Below are positions 25,705 through 35,263 of a DNA stretch of 64,000 bases, one piece after another. Every line of letters begins with the position of its first letter. Position 1 is the first letter of the stretch. A model generated the notes under the pieces. The model had not been told where the DNA came from and searched no databases. It saw only the letters and a list, made by a program, of their open reading frames with translations. Origin of the DNA: Thermoanaerobaculia bacterium (lineage in GTDB: Bacteria; Acidobacteriota; Thermoanaerobaculia; Multivoradales; JAHEKO01); the NCBI GenBank assembly GCA_945787575.1, contig CALZKB010000016.1, positions 1,189-65,188 of the forward strand. Reading direction: 5' to 3'. The translations under genes and the position numbers were made by a program.

Positions 25705-25754
25705 GCTCCGAAATAACGGCGCGGCCTCTCAAGCGCGCGTTAGGACCCCAGATC

Positions 25755-26558
25755 ATGCCCCAGGCAGCCATCAAAAAGCCACGACAGTTCCGGTACCACG
25801 GAGATTTGAGTGAGACGCCGTTGCCGGAGATTCTGGCGCGAGTCGCTCATTTCGACGTGCCGGGGCGGCTCGAGGCGATGAAGGACGACAAGTCGACCGA
25901 GATCTTCGTGCGCGCCGGTCATGTGATCCACGCCCGTTCGTCGGATCTCGGCAACAGCCTCGGCGTCTACCTGCGGCGAATCGGTCGCTTGTCGCAGGAC
26001 GAGTTCCGGCGGGTGATGCGACTGCGTCGCGAGTCCTCGGTACGGCTCGGGGGCCTCCTCATCGAGCATGGGCTCATGACTCCGGCCGAGGTTCGCGATG
26101 CGATCGTGAGGCAGACCGAAGAGATCGTCTGGTCGCTCTTTTCCTGGTGGCGGGGAAGCGTCACGTTCAAGCTCGGGCCTTGGGACCCGGTCGACATGCC
26201 GCCGATCCACCTCTCGCTCAGCCGGGTGATCATCGACGGCATCAAGCGCGAATCCGACGCGCGTCCACTGATCGCCCGCATCGGCGGGCGAGACACCGTC
26301 CTCGAGCCCTGCTTCACGATCGAGAACACGGTCGAGCACGGACTCGACGCCGACGATTACGCGCTGCTGACGATGATCGACTCGGAGCGCACGCTCTTCG
26401 AGCTGTGCTCGGACGGTCCGCGGATCGGCAAGGACAACGCGCGGATGCTGTATGCCTTCTGCGTCTTGGGTCTCGTGCGACCGATCAGGCCGAAAGGCGA
26501 CGTCGAAGACCCCAAACCGACCAAGCTGACGGCCTTCCGGCATTCGAACGAATCGTAA
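25755..26558 (+). CDS. DUF4388 (PATAN-like) domain-containing protein
   Basis: GDLSETPLPEILARV ... EIFVRAGHVIHARS ... LGVYLRRIGRLSQDEF ... LGGLLIEHGLMTPAEV ... VWSLFSWWRGSVTF matches the DUF4388 pattern as I recall it. Start placed at ATG 25755. Confidence 0.65.
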   Translation: MPQAAIKKPRQFRYHGDLSETPLPEILARVAHFDVPGRLEAMKDDKSTEIFVRAGHVIHARSSDLGNSLGVYLRRIGRLSQDEFRRVMRLRRESSVRLGGLLIEHGLMTPAEVRDAIVRQTEEIVWSLFSWWRGSVTFKLGPWDPVDMPPIHLSLSRVIIDGIKRESDARPLIARIGGRDTVLEPCFTIENTVEHGLDADDYALLTMIDSERTLFELCSDGPRIGKDNARMLYAFCVLGLVRPIRPKGDVEDPKPTKLTAFRHSNES

Positions 26559-26685
26559 GCGCCTGCCTACTCTCTCGATCCTCTTCGCCCGCGCCACTCG
26601 CGATCCGGGAGCTTCCACCGCGGCGGATCCTGCTGTAGCATTCGCCGCTCCGTCCCTCTTGGCGGACCAAACCGAGCTCCCCGTC

Positions 26686-27036
26686 ATGCCGATCTACGAA
26701 TATCAATGCTCCGAATGCGGCTCTCGAGTCGAACGCCTCCAGAAACTGGGCGACCCGCCGCCTGAAGCGTGCGAAGCCTGCGGCGGTGAGATGGAGCGTC
26801 AGGTCTCGGCACCGGCTTTCCAATTCAAGGGTTCCGGCTGGTACGCGACCGACTACGCGAAGCCGAAGCCGCGCGCCGAGACCGGACAGTCGGGTGGAGA
26901 GTCCGAGAAATCGGGCGAAGGGTCCGAAAAGGCCGACGCTAAGGCACCCGCCAATTCGGGCGGCGCATCGGACTCCACCTCGCCCTCGAAATCCGAACCG
27001 TCGGCGCCCGCCAAGCCCGCCGCCGGCGCCGACTGA
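26686..27036 (+). CDS. FmdB-family zinc-ribbon protein
   Basis: MPIYEYQCSECG ... CEACGG, followed by a low-complexity Ser/Pro/Lys tail. Confidence 0.85.
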   Translation: MPIYEYQCSECGSRVERLQKLGDPPPEACEACGGEMERQVSAPAFQFKGSGWYATDYAKPKPRAETGQSGGESEKSGEGSEKADAKAPANSGGASDSTSPSKSEPSAPAKPAAGAD

Positions 27037-27081
27037 AGGCGGCAGCCGGACACCGAGCGCCGTGCTACGCTGATCCCTGAC

Positions 27082-27936
27082 ATGGCCGTACCGACCGCAT
27101 CGGAAGTGTTGGCGGAGGCGGACCGGGCGCTCGCCGAGTCCCCGAGGATCGCGCTCTGCCAGATCGTCCGGGTCGAGGGCTCGACCCCGGGCAAGCGGGG
27201 ATGGAAGATGCTCCTGCGGCCGGACGGCAGCTGTTACGGCAACCTCGGAGGTGGCGCCTTCGAGGCGCTGGTTCAACGGGACGCGGCGAAGCTGCTCGAG
27301 GAAAGCGAGCCGCAGTCCAAGATCGAGCGCTACTACCTCACCGAGGACTCGGTGAAGGGTCAACCGACGGGGATGGTCTGCGGCGGCATGATCGAGGTGT
27401 TCCTCGAGGTGCTGACCGCGCGGCCGATGCTGGTGATCTGCGGAGGAGGGCCGGTCGGGCAGGCGCTGGCGCGCCAGGCTGCGCTGTGCGATTTCGAGAT
27501 CTCGGTGGCCGACGATCGCGGGCTTTTCCGTCGGCCGGAGCTGTTTCCCGACTCGTCGCGCATCTTGGAGGTGGACCGAGAGTACTCGGGGGACTTCCTC
27601 GACAGTCTCGCCGAGAGAGATCTCTCGATCGCCGTCGTTTCGCGCTGCTGGCAGACGGATCTGGCGGCGCTGGCGTCGGTGCTTCGTCAAGCACCGCCCG
27701 GACTCCGTTACCTCGGCCTCATGGGAAGCCAGCGAAAGGTGGCGCGGGTGACGGCCGAGCTCGCGGCCCGCGGCTTCGAGCTTTCCGGCCTCCCCTGGCA
27801 TGCACCGATCGGGTTGTCGATCGGAGGTTCGACCCCGGCGGAGATCGCGGTGTCGATCGTCGGCGAGATTCTGCAGGAGATGAACCGCGACGATGCGAGC
27901 GGGTTCGATAACGAGCGCCCCGTCAGGCTGGTTTAG
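27082..27936 (+). CDS. XdhC/CoxI-family molybdoenzyme maturation accessory protein
   Basis: N-terminal XdhC_CoxI region (ALCQIVRVEGSTPGKRGWKMLL) plus a Rossmann-like C-terminal domain (LVICGGGPVGQALA). Confidence 0.8.
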   Translation: MAVPTASEVLAEADRALAESPRIALCQIVRVEGSTPGKRGWKMLLRPDGSCYGNLGGGAFEALVQRDAAKLLEESEPQSKIERYYLTEDSVKGQPTGMVCGGMIEVFLEVLTARPMLVICGGGPVGQALARQAALCDFEISVADDRGLFRRPELFPDSSRILEVDREYSGDFLDSLAERDLSIAVVSRCWQTDLAALASVLRQAPPGLRYLGLMGSQRKVARVTAELAARGFELSGLPWHAPIGLSIGGSTPAEIAVSIVGEILQEMNRDDASGFDNERPVRLV

Positions 27937-29764
27937 AAAACCCGCCCTCGTTGCGCTCGCCGGGATCGCGCTGGCGGTGCCGGCGGAAGCCGACGGGTGG
28001 CGAGCGGCGCCGCTCTTCGGCGCCGACGTGCGGAGCCTGGCATTCGATCCCTCGCACGTCGATCGGGTTCTAGCGGGCACCTCCGCCGGACAGGTCTACG
28101 AGTCGCTCGACAGCGGGCGTAGCTGGCAGCCGGCCGGCGACCGGGTGGCGTTTCCGGGATGGGTGGTTAGCGACCTGGTCTTCGATGAGGGCCGGGAGGG
28201 CCGCGTTTGGGCCGCGCTCTGGTCGCTGTGGGGGAGCGACGGGTCGGTGGCGGTCTCCGAGGACGGCGGTCGAAGCTGGTCGGAGAGTCGCATGGGGCTG
28301 CCCGCGAAGCAGGTCTACGACCTGGACGTCGTGCCGGACTTGCAGGGCGCGCTCTACGCGGCGACCCGCGACGGGGTCTGGGGCTCGACCGACGACGGAA
28401 TGTCGTGGCGGCATCTCACCGACCAAGTGCCCGAGATGGGCAAGGTGACGAGCCTGCTGGTCGATCCCTTCGATCCGGCGATCGTCTATGCCGGGAGCTG
28501 GCGACGCGCCTACCGCAGCGACGACCGGGGCAGCAGCTGGCGAGGGATCTTCGAGGGGATGGTGCTCGACTCGGAGGTGTTCGCCCTCGCCCCCGGCCCC
28601 GAAGGGGAGGGGGACCTGTGGGCGTCGACCTGCGGGTGGGTCTATCACGGCCGCGATCGCGGCCGTCGCTGGCAGCGGCATTCCGCCGGGCTGACCGAGC
28701 GCCGGACTCCGAGTCTCGCGGTCCTGCCGAGCGGTCGACTCCTCGCCGGTACCGTCGCCGGCGTCTTCGCATCCGACGATCGGGGCGGCAGCTGGAAGCG
28801 GCGGGGATCTCGGGTGGCGGTCAACGCTCTCGCTCACAACCCGCGGCGCCCGGAGATCGTCCTCCATGGGAGCGAGGGAGCCGGGGTGTGGCGATCGACG
28901 GACGGTGGTGACTCCTTCGGGCACTCCTCTTCCGGAATTGTCGGGCTGAGAGTCACCGATGTCGTGGCCGGCAGCGACGGGGTGTCGATCTCGGTTCGTG
29001 ACTCCGAGGGCCGAGACGGCGTGCATCACTTGCGCGCGCCGGGACTGACCCCTTCCGCTCGGGACGAGCTACCCGGGGTGCTCGATCTGGCGACCGACGG
29101 CGATCGCCTGTTCGCCGGAACGAAGTCCGGACTGTGGCAGCGCACCGACGGCGAATGGCGGCGGGTGGCGGAGCTCGGCGAACAGCGGGTGGCCGGAGTC
29201 TCGGCAACGGCCGGATGGCTGGTGGCTCACGACCGGGAGACCGTGCTCGTCCAGCACGACGGTGCGACGCACACGACAATTCTGCGCGGTCCGGTGACCC
29301 AGGCGCTCAGCTGGCGAGGCGACGTCTGGATCGTCGACGGGGACCGGCTCCTGCGCTGGAATCTCGGGGCGTCGGAAGAGGTCGCGGCGCCGGACTCGGT
29401 GCGGCGCCTGTTCGCGAGTCCTGAGGCGCTGGTCGTCGACACCAAGCGAGGCCCTTACCGCTTCGACGGCGCGAACGGCTGGCGCCCATCGACGATCGAG
29501 GCGGGACGCCTGCTCGAGACGGGAAGCCGAGCTCTGCCCACCCTGGCCCTCGGTCGGGACGGGACAGCGACGCTCCACGATGCCCGTGGCCGAGAGCGGG
29601 TGTCGCTCGTTCTACCGGTGCCGTGGCGGGAGGTCTCGGCGGTGCTGCTCGACGGCAGCCGTCTCCATCTGGCGACCACCGGGTACGGGCTGTTGTGGTC
29701 GCAGCTCGTGACCCTGGCGGACGATCCCGATCCTCAGTCGCTGCCGCGGCTCAGCTCTTGGTGA
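27893..29764 (+). CDS. Secreted BNR/Asp-box repeat protein (Ycf48/sialidase-like beta-propeller)
   Basis: Signal peptide followed by repeated S-x-D-x-G-x-S/T-W boxes: SLDSGRSW, SEDGGRSW, STDDGMSW, SDDRGSSW, SDDRGGSW and STDGGDSF. Confidence 0.75.
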   Translation: MRAGSITSAPSGWFRKPALVALAGIALAVPAEADGWRAAPLFGADVRSLAFDPSHVDRVLAGTSAGQVYESLDSGRSWQPAGDRVAFPGWVVSDLVFDEGREGRVWAALWSLWGSDGSVAVSEDGGRSWSESRMGLPAKQVYDLDVVPDLQGALYAATRDGVWGSTDDGMSWRHLTDQVPEMGKVTSLLVDPFDPAIVYAGSWRRAYRSDDRGSSWRGIFEGMVLDSEVFALAPGPEGEGDLWASTCGWVYHGRDRGRRWQRHSAGLTERRTPSLAVLPSGRLLAGTVAGVFASDDRGGSWKRRGSRVAVNALAHNPRRPEIVLHGSEGAGVWRSTDGGDSFGHSSSGIVGLRVTDVVAGSDGVSISVRDSEGRDGVHHLRAPGLTPSARDELPGVLDLATDGDRLFAGTKSGLWQRTDGEWRRVAELGEQRVAGVSATAGWLVAHDRETVLVQHDGATHTTILRGPVTQALSWRGDVWIVDGDRLLRWNLGASEEVAAPDSVRRLFASPEALVVDTKRGPYRFDGANGWRPSTIEAGRLLETGSRALPTLALGRDGTATLHDARGRERVSLVLPVPWREVSAVLLDGSRLHLATTGYGLLWSQLVTLADDPDPQSLPRLSSW

Positions 29765-31148
29765 GCTCCTCCGCCTCCTCACGCGACAGACCGAGCTTCT
29801 TCGAGTAGTAGCGAAAAGACCGGAAGGTCATGCCGACGAGCTCGGCGGCTCGGGTCTGGACGCCGTCGCAGCGTTCGAGCGCCTGTTCCATCAGTTCCAT
29901 TCGAATCGCGTCGAGATAAGCCTCGAGGTCGAGGCCCTCCTCGGGGAGCTCGACGGTGTCGACCGCTCCACCGCCGCGGCGCAGCAGGTGAGTGGGGATG
30001 TCTTCGACGGTGAGGATGTCGTTCGAGGTCAGGGCGAGCGCGCGCTCGATCACGTTCTCGAGCTCTCGCACGTTGCCGGGCCAGCCGTAGTTCTCGAGCA
30101 GGCGCATCGCGTCGATCGAGACCTTGGGAGGCTCGATTCCCATCTCGGAGCTGTACTTCTTGACGAAGTAATCCACCAGGAGTGGAATGTCCTCGTGCCG
30201 ATCTCGTAGCGGAGGGACCCGGATGGGGATCACGTTGATCCGGTAATAGAGGTCCTCACGGAACTCCCCGCTCTGGATCATCTGCCGGAGGTCCTGGTTG
30301 GTCGCCGCGATGATCCGGGTGTCGACACGCTCCTCGGTATTGCCTCCGACCTGACGGATCTTCTTCTCTTGAAGGGCGCGGAGCAGCTTGACCTGCATCG
30401 GAGGCGCCATCTCGCCGACCTCGTCGAGCAGGAGAGTTCCGCGATTCGCGGCCTGGAAGAGTCCCTTTTTGTCAGAGATCGCGCCCGTGAAGGCGCCCCG
30501 CCGGTGGCCGAACAGCTCGCTCTCCAGCAGCGTCTCGGGTAGTGCTCCGCAGTTGACCGACAAGAACCTCTGGTTCGATCGAGGGCCGGCGTAGTGGATC
30601 GCCCGCGCGATCAGCTCTTTGCCGGTGCCGCTCTCTCCTTCGAGCAAGATCGTCGAGCTGGTCCGGGCGACACGCTCGATGAGTGCGAAGATCTCCTGCA
30701 TCTTCCGGCTCTGGCCGACGATGTTCGAGAATTGATACTTCTGCTCGAGCTCTCGCCGGAGGTAGACGTTCTCGTCGATGAGCTCGTTCTGCTCGAGCGC
30801 CTTCTGGACCGTGACCTTGATCTCGTCGACGTCGAACGGCTTCGAGAGATAGTCGTAGGCGCCGAGCTTCATCGCTTCGATCGCCGTCTTGGTCGACGTG
30901 TAGGCGGTCATCATGATGACCGAAGTCGCGGTGCTTTCGCCGCGGATCTCCTCGAGGAGCTCCAGCCCGCTGCCATCGGGCATCATGATGTCGCACAGCA
31001 CGAGATTGAAATCGCCCTCGGTCCATCGCTCCCGACCCTCCTGGACGGAGTGGGCGGTGGCCACCTCGTAACCCTCCTCGGCGAGCAGGACCTCTAGGAA
31101 ATCGAGCATGCTCTGCTCGTCGTCTACGACGAGAATTCGAGCAGTCAT
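29751..31148 (-). CDS. pilR: Sigma-54-dependent response regulator (NtrC family; PilR-like by context)
   Basis: Receiver domain (ILVVDDE ... LVLCDIMMPDGSG), AAA+ domain with GESGTGKE and GAFTGA, and a C-terminal Fis-type HTH. Overlaps the stop of the upstream kinase gene by 4 nt. Confidence 0.85.
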   Translation of the reverse strand: MTARILVVDDEQSMLDFLEVLLAEEGYEVATAHSVQEGRERWTEGDFNLVLCDIMMPDGSGLELLEEIRGESTATSVIMMTAYTSTKTAIEAMKLGAYDYLSKPFDVDEIKVTVQKALEQNELIDENVYLRRELEQKYQFSNIVGQSRKMQEIFALIERVARTSSTILLEGESGTGKELIARAIHYAGPRSNQRFLSVNCGALPETLLESELFGHRRGAFTGAISDKKGLFQAANRGTLLLDEVGEMAPPMQVKLLRALQEKKIRQVGGNTEERVDTRIIAATNQDLRQMIQSGEFREDLYYRINVIPIRVPPLRDRHEDIPLLVDYFVKKYSSEMGIEPPKVSIDAMRLLENYGWPGNVRELENVIERALALTSNDILTVEDIPTHLLRRGGGAVDTVELPEEGLDLEAYLDAIRMELMEQALERCDGVQTRAAELVGMTFRSFRYYSKKLGLSREEAEELTKS

Positions 31149-32797
31149 GCGAGCGTAACGAGGGCGGGCTCGGCCGCCGGGAGTTCCACAGTCACCGTGG
31201 TGCCTCGGCCGGGCTCACCCTCGACCGAGAGCCGGCCTCCGTGCTCTTCGACGATCCGGTAGACGATCGCCATCCCGATACCGGTTCCACCCCTGAACGA
31301 AGACTGGAACGGATGGAAGAGTCTGGCGCGCGCCTGTTCGGTCATGCCCTTTCCGTTGTCGCGAATAGAGATGCGATAAACGCTTCCGACGAGTGTACCC
31401 TGAACGTGGATGTCACCCGACTCGGGGAGCGCTCTCAGGGCGTTGCTGGTGAGGTTCCAGAAGATCTGGCTGATCTGGTCCGGGTCCCCGATGATCTTGG
31501 CGTGCTCGACATCGAGGTCGAGGTGAATGCGGTGGCCGGGCAGCACTTCGTCGCTGTTGCGCAACAGCTCGGTGTTTGCGCGCAACAGGTTCGCCACGTC
31601 GAAGCGCACGCTCGCCCGCTCCTTCGGCCGGGCGAACTTCATGAAGCTCTTGATGATCCGATCCAGACGCCGACTCTCCTTGAGAATGATGTCGAGGAGG
31701 GTCCGTTGGGAAGAGCCCTCGTCGAGACTCGGTTGGAGCATCTGCGCGGAGCCGGAGAGGGCGGCCAGCGGGTTGCCGATCTCGTGCGCGATGCCGGCCG
31801 CCATCTCGCCTACGGCGGCCATCCGCTCCTTGAGATGAACCTCGGCCTGGAGCTTCTTCCACTCGCGAAGGTCCTGAAAGACGAGGATGTGCGCGGCGGG
31901 CTGACCCTCGGGAGAGCCGAGTTGACTCAACGAGAATCCGATCGGGCGAGGTTCGCCGTGACGGTCGAAGAGGACCTCGTTGCGATCGCCCGCCTCGTCG
32001 AGGATCTCCTGCCAAGACTTGCCTCGGAACAGTCCGGTCTCCTGGATCGCCCGCCCGACCGGTGGGTCGTCCGGCACGCCGAGGATCCAGTTGGCCGCCG
32101 CGTTGGAGGTAACGATCTTGCCGTCCGTGTCGAGGGTGATCAGTCCGCTCGGGATGGACTCGACGATGTCGCGATGGAGGTTCTCGAGGCTGGCGAGATC
32201 GCGCTTGACGCGCAGCATGTCGCGGGCCAGCCGAGAAGCGAGGACCGCGACCAGCACGAAACCGGCCAGGTGGAAGACCACCGAGTAGTTGAGCTCGGCG
32301 AGGCTCTCGGAGCTGACCGGAGTTCCCGGAACCCAGCCGAAGTGCTGGCTCAGCGAGGCCAACGCGTAGAGCGCCCAGGAGGCGCCCGCCGTCGTCAACG
32401 CCCACCGGCGCCCGGCCGAGGTCGCCACCACGATGATGACCACGAAATAGAGAGCGGTGAATGGACTGCTGACGCCGCCGAAAAGGTAGACGAGGGCAGT
32501 CGTCAGCAGCAGGTCGCTCGTGACGTGGAGACCGGCCTGGCCGCGGACCGACATTCGTCCGCGGTGCAGTAGCAGGAGGAATCCGAGGTTGACCGAGATG
32601 GCGCCGATCAGCAGCGCGTAGATGATCCCGTCCCGCGGCGAATCGGCGACCGGAGCCTCGAGAAAGACCCGCAGCAGGAAGAAGGCGAAGAGGAAGCTGA
32701 GGATGCCGACGAGGCGGACGAAGATGGCACGCCCGAGCTGCCGGGCGAGCCGCTCGTCGTCGAGCGTGCCCCTGGCCGTCGTTATCTCGCGCCCCAC
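31145..32797 (-). CDS. pilS: Sensor histidine kinase with polytopic N-terminus and PAS domain (PilS-like by context)
   Basis: About six N-terminal TM segments; PAS; H-box AAGIAHEIGNPL; N and G boxes (IFWNLTSNALRA, DNGKGM, GTGIGMA). Confidence 0.75.
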   Translation of the reverse strand: MGREITTARGTLDDERLARQLGRAIFVRLVGILSFLFAFFLLRVFLEAPVADSPRDGIIYALLIGAISVNLGFLLLLHRGRMSVRGQAGLHVTSDLLLTTALVYLFGGVSSPFTALYFVVIIVVATSAGRRWALTTAGASWALYALASLSQHFGWVPGTPVSSESLAELNYSVVFHLAGFVLVAVLASRLARDMLRVKRDLASLENLHRDIVESIPSGLITLDTDGKIVTSNAAANWILGVPDDPPVGRAIQETGLFRGKSWQEILDEAGDRNEVLFDRHGEPRPIGFSLSQLGSPEGQPAAHILVFQDLREWKKLQAEVHLKERMAAVGEMAAGIAHEIGNPLAALSGSAQMLQPSLDEGSSQRTLLDIILKESRRLDRIIKSFMKFARPKERASVRFDVANLLRANTELLRNSDEVLPGHRIHLDLDVEHAKIIGDPDQISQIFWNLTSNALRALPESGDIHVQGTLVGSVYRISIRDNGKGMTEQARARLFHPFQSSFRGGTGIGMAIVYRIVEEHGGRLSVEGEPGRGTTVTVELPAAEPALVTLA

Positions 32798-32815
32798 CGG
32801 CGGTTCGACCTCGCT

Positions 32816-34021
32816 CTAGGAAATGCGGCCCAGAATCGTGTACAGCGGCAGGTACATCGCGGTGACGATGATGCCGATGACACCGCCCAGGAACACGATC
32901 ATGATCGGCTCGAGGAGTTTGATCATTCCCGCCACCGCGGTATCGACCTCGTCCTCGTAGAAGTCGGCGATCTTGCTCAGCATTTGGTCGAGCGCGCCGG
33001 TCTGCTCACCGACGTTGACCATCTGCACGACCATCGGCGGGAACACCTTCGTCTCTCGCAGCGGGCCGCTCAGAGTCTTACCTTCTTCGACGCTCTTGCG
33101 CACGGCCAGGATCGCGTCTTCGATGACCGCGTTGCCCGACGTCTTGGCGGTGATCTCGAGACCGTCGAGGATCGGAACGCCGGAGGAGGTGAGAGTGCCG
33201 AGGGTTCGGCAGAATCGCGCGACTGCGATCTTCCGGATCAGCGGACCGATGATCGGCATCCGCAGCAGCAGGCCGTCGATGACCCGCCGACCGCGGTCCG
33301 TCTTGTAGTAGCCCCGGATCGCCGCCGCGATGAAGAAGATGAGTAGAAAGATGAGCCACGAGTAGGCAGCCACGAGGTTGCTGGCCTTGACGACCATGCG
33401 GGTGAGCCAGGGCAGCTCGCCGCCGAGGCCGGCGAAGAGCTGGGTGAACACCGGAATGACCTTCCAGAGGATGACCCAGACCACGATGATCGCGATCGTG
33501 ATGACGGTAGTGGGGTAGATCAACGCGGACCGGATCTGACTGCGCAGCTTGTAGAGCTTCTCCAGGTAGAGCGAGAGTCGCTGGAGGATGATGTCGAGAA
33601 TACCGCCGGCCTCCCCGGCGGCGACCATGCTGGTGTAGAGATTGTCGAAAGCCGCGGGGTGCTTGCGCATGGAGTCGGCGAGACTCGATCCGCTCTCGAC
33701 ATCGGACCTGACCTGATTGATGATCTCTCGAAATTTGCGGTGCTCCTGCTGGTCCCCGAGAATCTCGAGACACTGGACGAGCGGCAGGCCGGCGTCGAGC
33801 ATCACCGAGAACTGGCGGGTGAAAATCGCGAGGTTCTTGATGCCGACTCGGCTCGGGAGCCGCGGCATGAAAGGGATCTGCCGGCCTCGCTGGCGGATCG
33901 ACGAGAGACGAACCTGTTGCCGGCGCAACGAAGCGATCGCGGCCTCGCGCGAGTCCGCGACGAGAACGCCTTCCTCGAACTGGCCGCCGCGACCGCGGCC
34001 CTTCCAAACGTACGTGGGCAT
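32816..34021 (-). CDS. pilC: Type IV pilus platform protein PilC (GspF family)
   Basis: 401 aa with duplicated T2SS-F domains (IFTRQFSVMLDAGLPL / RFCRTLGTLTSSGVPI). Adjacent to pilT. Confidence 0.9.
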   Translation of the reverse strand: MPTYVWKGRGRGGQFEEGVLVADSREAAIASLRRQQVRLSSIRQRGRQIPFMPRLPSRVGIKNLAIFTRQFSVMLDAGLPLVQCLEILGDQQEHRKFREIINQVRSDVESGSSLADSMRKHPAAFDNLYTSMVAAGEAGGILDIILQRLSLYLEKLYKLRSQIRSALIYPTTVITIAIIVVWVILWKVIPVFTQLFAGLGGELPWLTRMVVKASNLVAAYSWLIFLLIFFIAAAIRGYYKTDRGRRVIDGLLLRMPIIGPLIRKIAVARFCRTLGTLTSSGVPILDGLEITAKTSGNAVIEDAILAVRKSVEEGKTLSGPLRETKVFPPMVVQMVNVGEQTGALDQMLSKIADFYEDEVDTAVAGMIKLLEPIMIVFLGGVIGIIVTAMYLPLYTILGRIS

Positions 34022-34022
34022 G

Positions 34023-35144
34023 CTAAGTCCTCACAGGCTGGTTTTGAGTGGCCCGCAGGGACGGGTTGAGTGACCCCGCACCCCGGGAGATGATCTCCTG
34101 CAGCTCATCCGAGCTCGACGAACGACCGAGCGCCGTCTGGAGGTTGATCTGGCGGCGAAAGTAGAGGGCGGCGAGTGCTTGGTTGAAGGTCTGCATGCCG
34201 TACTTGGCCTGCCCGGTCTGCATCATGCCGTAGATCTGGTGGACCTTGTCCTCGCGGATGAGGTTGCGGATCGCCGTGTTGGGGACCATGATCTCCATGG
34301 CGAGTGCGCGCCCCTTCCCGCTGGCCCTCGGCAGCAGCGCCTGACAGAGAATCCCTTCGAGCACGAACGACAGCTGCACCCGGATCTGCCCTTGTTGGTG
34401 GGGCGGAAAGACGTCGATGATGCGGTTGATCGTCTGAGCCGCCGAATTGGTGTGGAGGGTCGCGAAGGTCAGATGACCGGTCTCGGCGATGCGCAGTGCC
34501 GCCTCGACCGTCTCGTAGTCGCGCATCTCGCCGACGAGCACGACGTCGGGGTCCTGGCGAAGCACCGACTTGAGCGCGTTCTCGAAGGAGAGGGTGTCCG
34601 CTTCCAGCTCGCGCTGATTGACGATGCAGCTTCGGTGGGAGTGCAGATACTCGATCGGATCCTCGATGGTGACGATGTGCTCGTTGCGCTCGCGATTGAC
34701 CTTGTCGACCATGGTAGCGAGGGTCGTCGATTTTCCTGAACCGGTCGGGCCGGTGACGAGAATCAGGCCTCGCGGCTTGTCGCACAGCTTCTCGATCAGG
34801 GCCGGCAGGCCGAGCTCGCGAAAGGAGCGAATCTCGAACGGGATCTGGCGAAATGCGCCGGCGAGTGCCCCCCGCTGGTTGAAGACGTTGGCACGAAACC
34901 GAGCCAAGCCCTTGATCCCGAAGGAGAAATCGATCTCGAGGTTCTCCTCCAACCGCTGCTTCTGCTTGTCGGTGAGGATCGAGTAGCAGAGCTGCTTGGT
35001 CTGGGTCGGAGAGAGCTCCGGATGGTTGAGCTGGTGAAGGACGCCGTCGATCCGGATCTGCGGGCTCGAGTTGGTCGTCAGATGGAGATCGGATGCTCCG
35101 CGCTCGACCGTTTCCTTGAGCATTTCGTTGAGCGTCAGCGTCAT
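34023..35144 (-). CDS. pilT: Type IV pilus retraction ATPase PilT
   Basis: Walker A GPTGSGKSTT, Walker B/Asp box, His box ATLHTNSA and the PilT-specific AIRNLIRE motif. Confidence 0.92.
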   Translation of the reverse strand: MTLTLNEMLKETVERGASDLHLTTNSSPQIRIDGVLHQLNHPELSPTQTKQLCYSILTDKQKQRLEENLEIDFSFGIKGLARFRANVFNQRGALAGAFRQIPFEIRSFRELGLPALIEKLCDKPRGLILVTGPTGSGKSTTLATMVDKVNRERNEHIVTIEDPIEYLHSHRSCIVNQRELEADTLSFENALKSVLRQDPDVVLVGEMRDYETVEAALRIAETGHLTFATLHTNSAAQTINRIIDVFPPHQQGQIRVQLSFVLEGILCQALLPRASGKGRALAMEIMVPNTAIRNLIREDKVHQIYGMMQTGQAKYGMQTFNQALAALYFRRQINLQTALGRSSSSDELQEIISRGAGSLNPSLRATQNQPVRT

Positions 35145-35263
35145 AGTCGGGAACCCTCTAAGTGCCTTTCGTTGCAGGCTTTTTCAAGCATATAACATGA
35201 TTGTAGACCATCCCCAGAGAGGAATGTCACAGGCCTCGGACGCCTTGCTATCCTCGCTCTTCG

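Noticed and set aside
27826-27832. GGTTCGA T-loop-like string, checked as a possible tRNA. I also scanned the other intergenic gaps for tRNA, rRNA or riboswitch-like sequence.
   Set aside because: The string lies inside the XdhC coding frame (IGGSTPAEI) with no flanking acceptor or anticodon stems. All intergenic gaps are short (<450 bp), and none showed cloverleaf or known riboswitch features that I could recognise by eye.
26485-28080. 531-aa minus-strand ORF.
   Set aside because: It is antisense to the FmdB zinc-ribbon, XdhC and BNR genes. The product has an Arg/Gly-rich composition.
34889-34894. TGGCAC hexamer, checked as a possible sigma-54 -24 element near the pil genes.
   Set aside because: It lies inside the pilT coding region on the opposite strand, and no TTGC follows at the -12 spacing.
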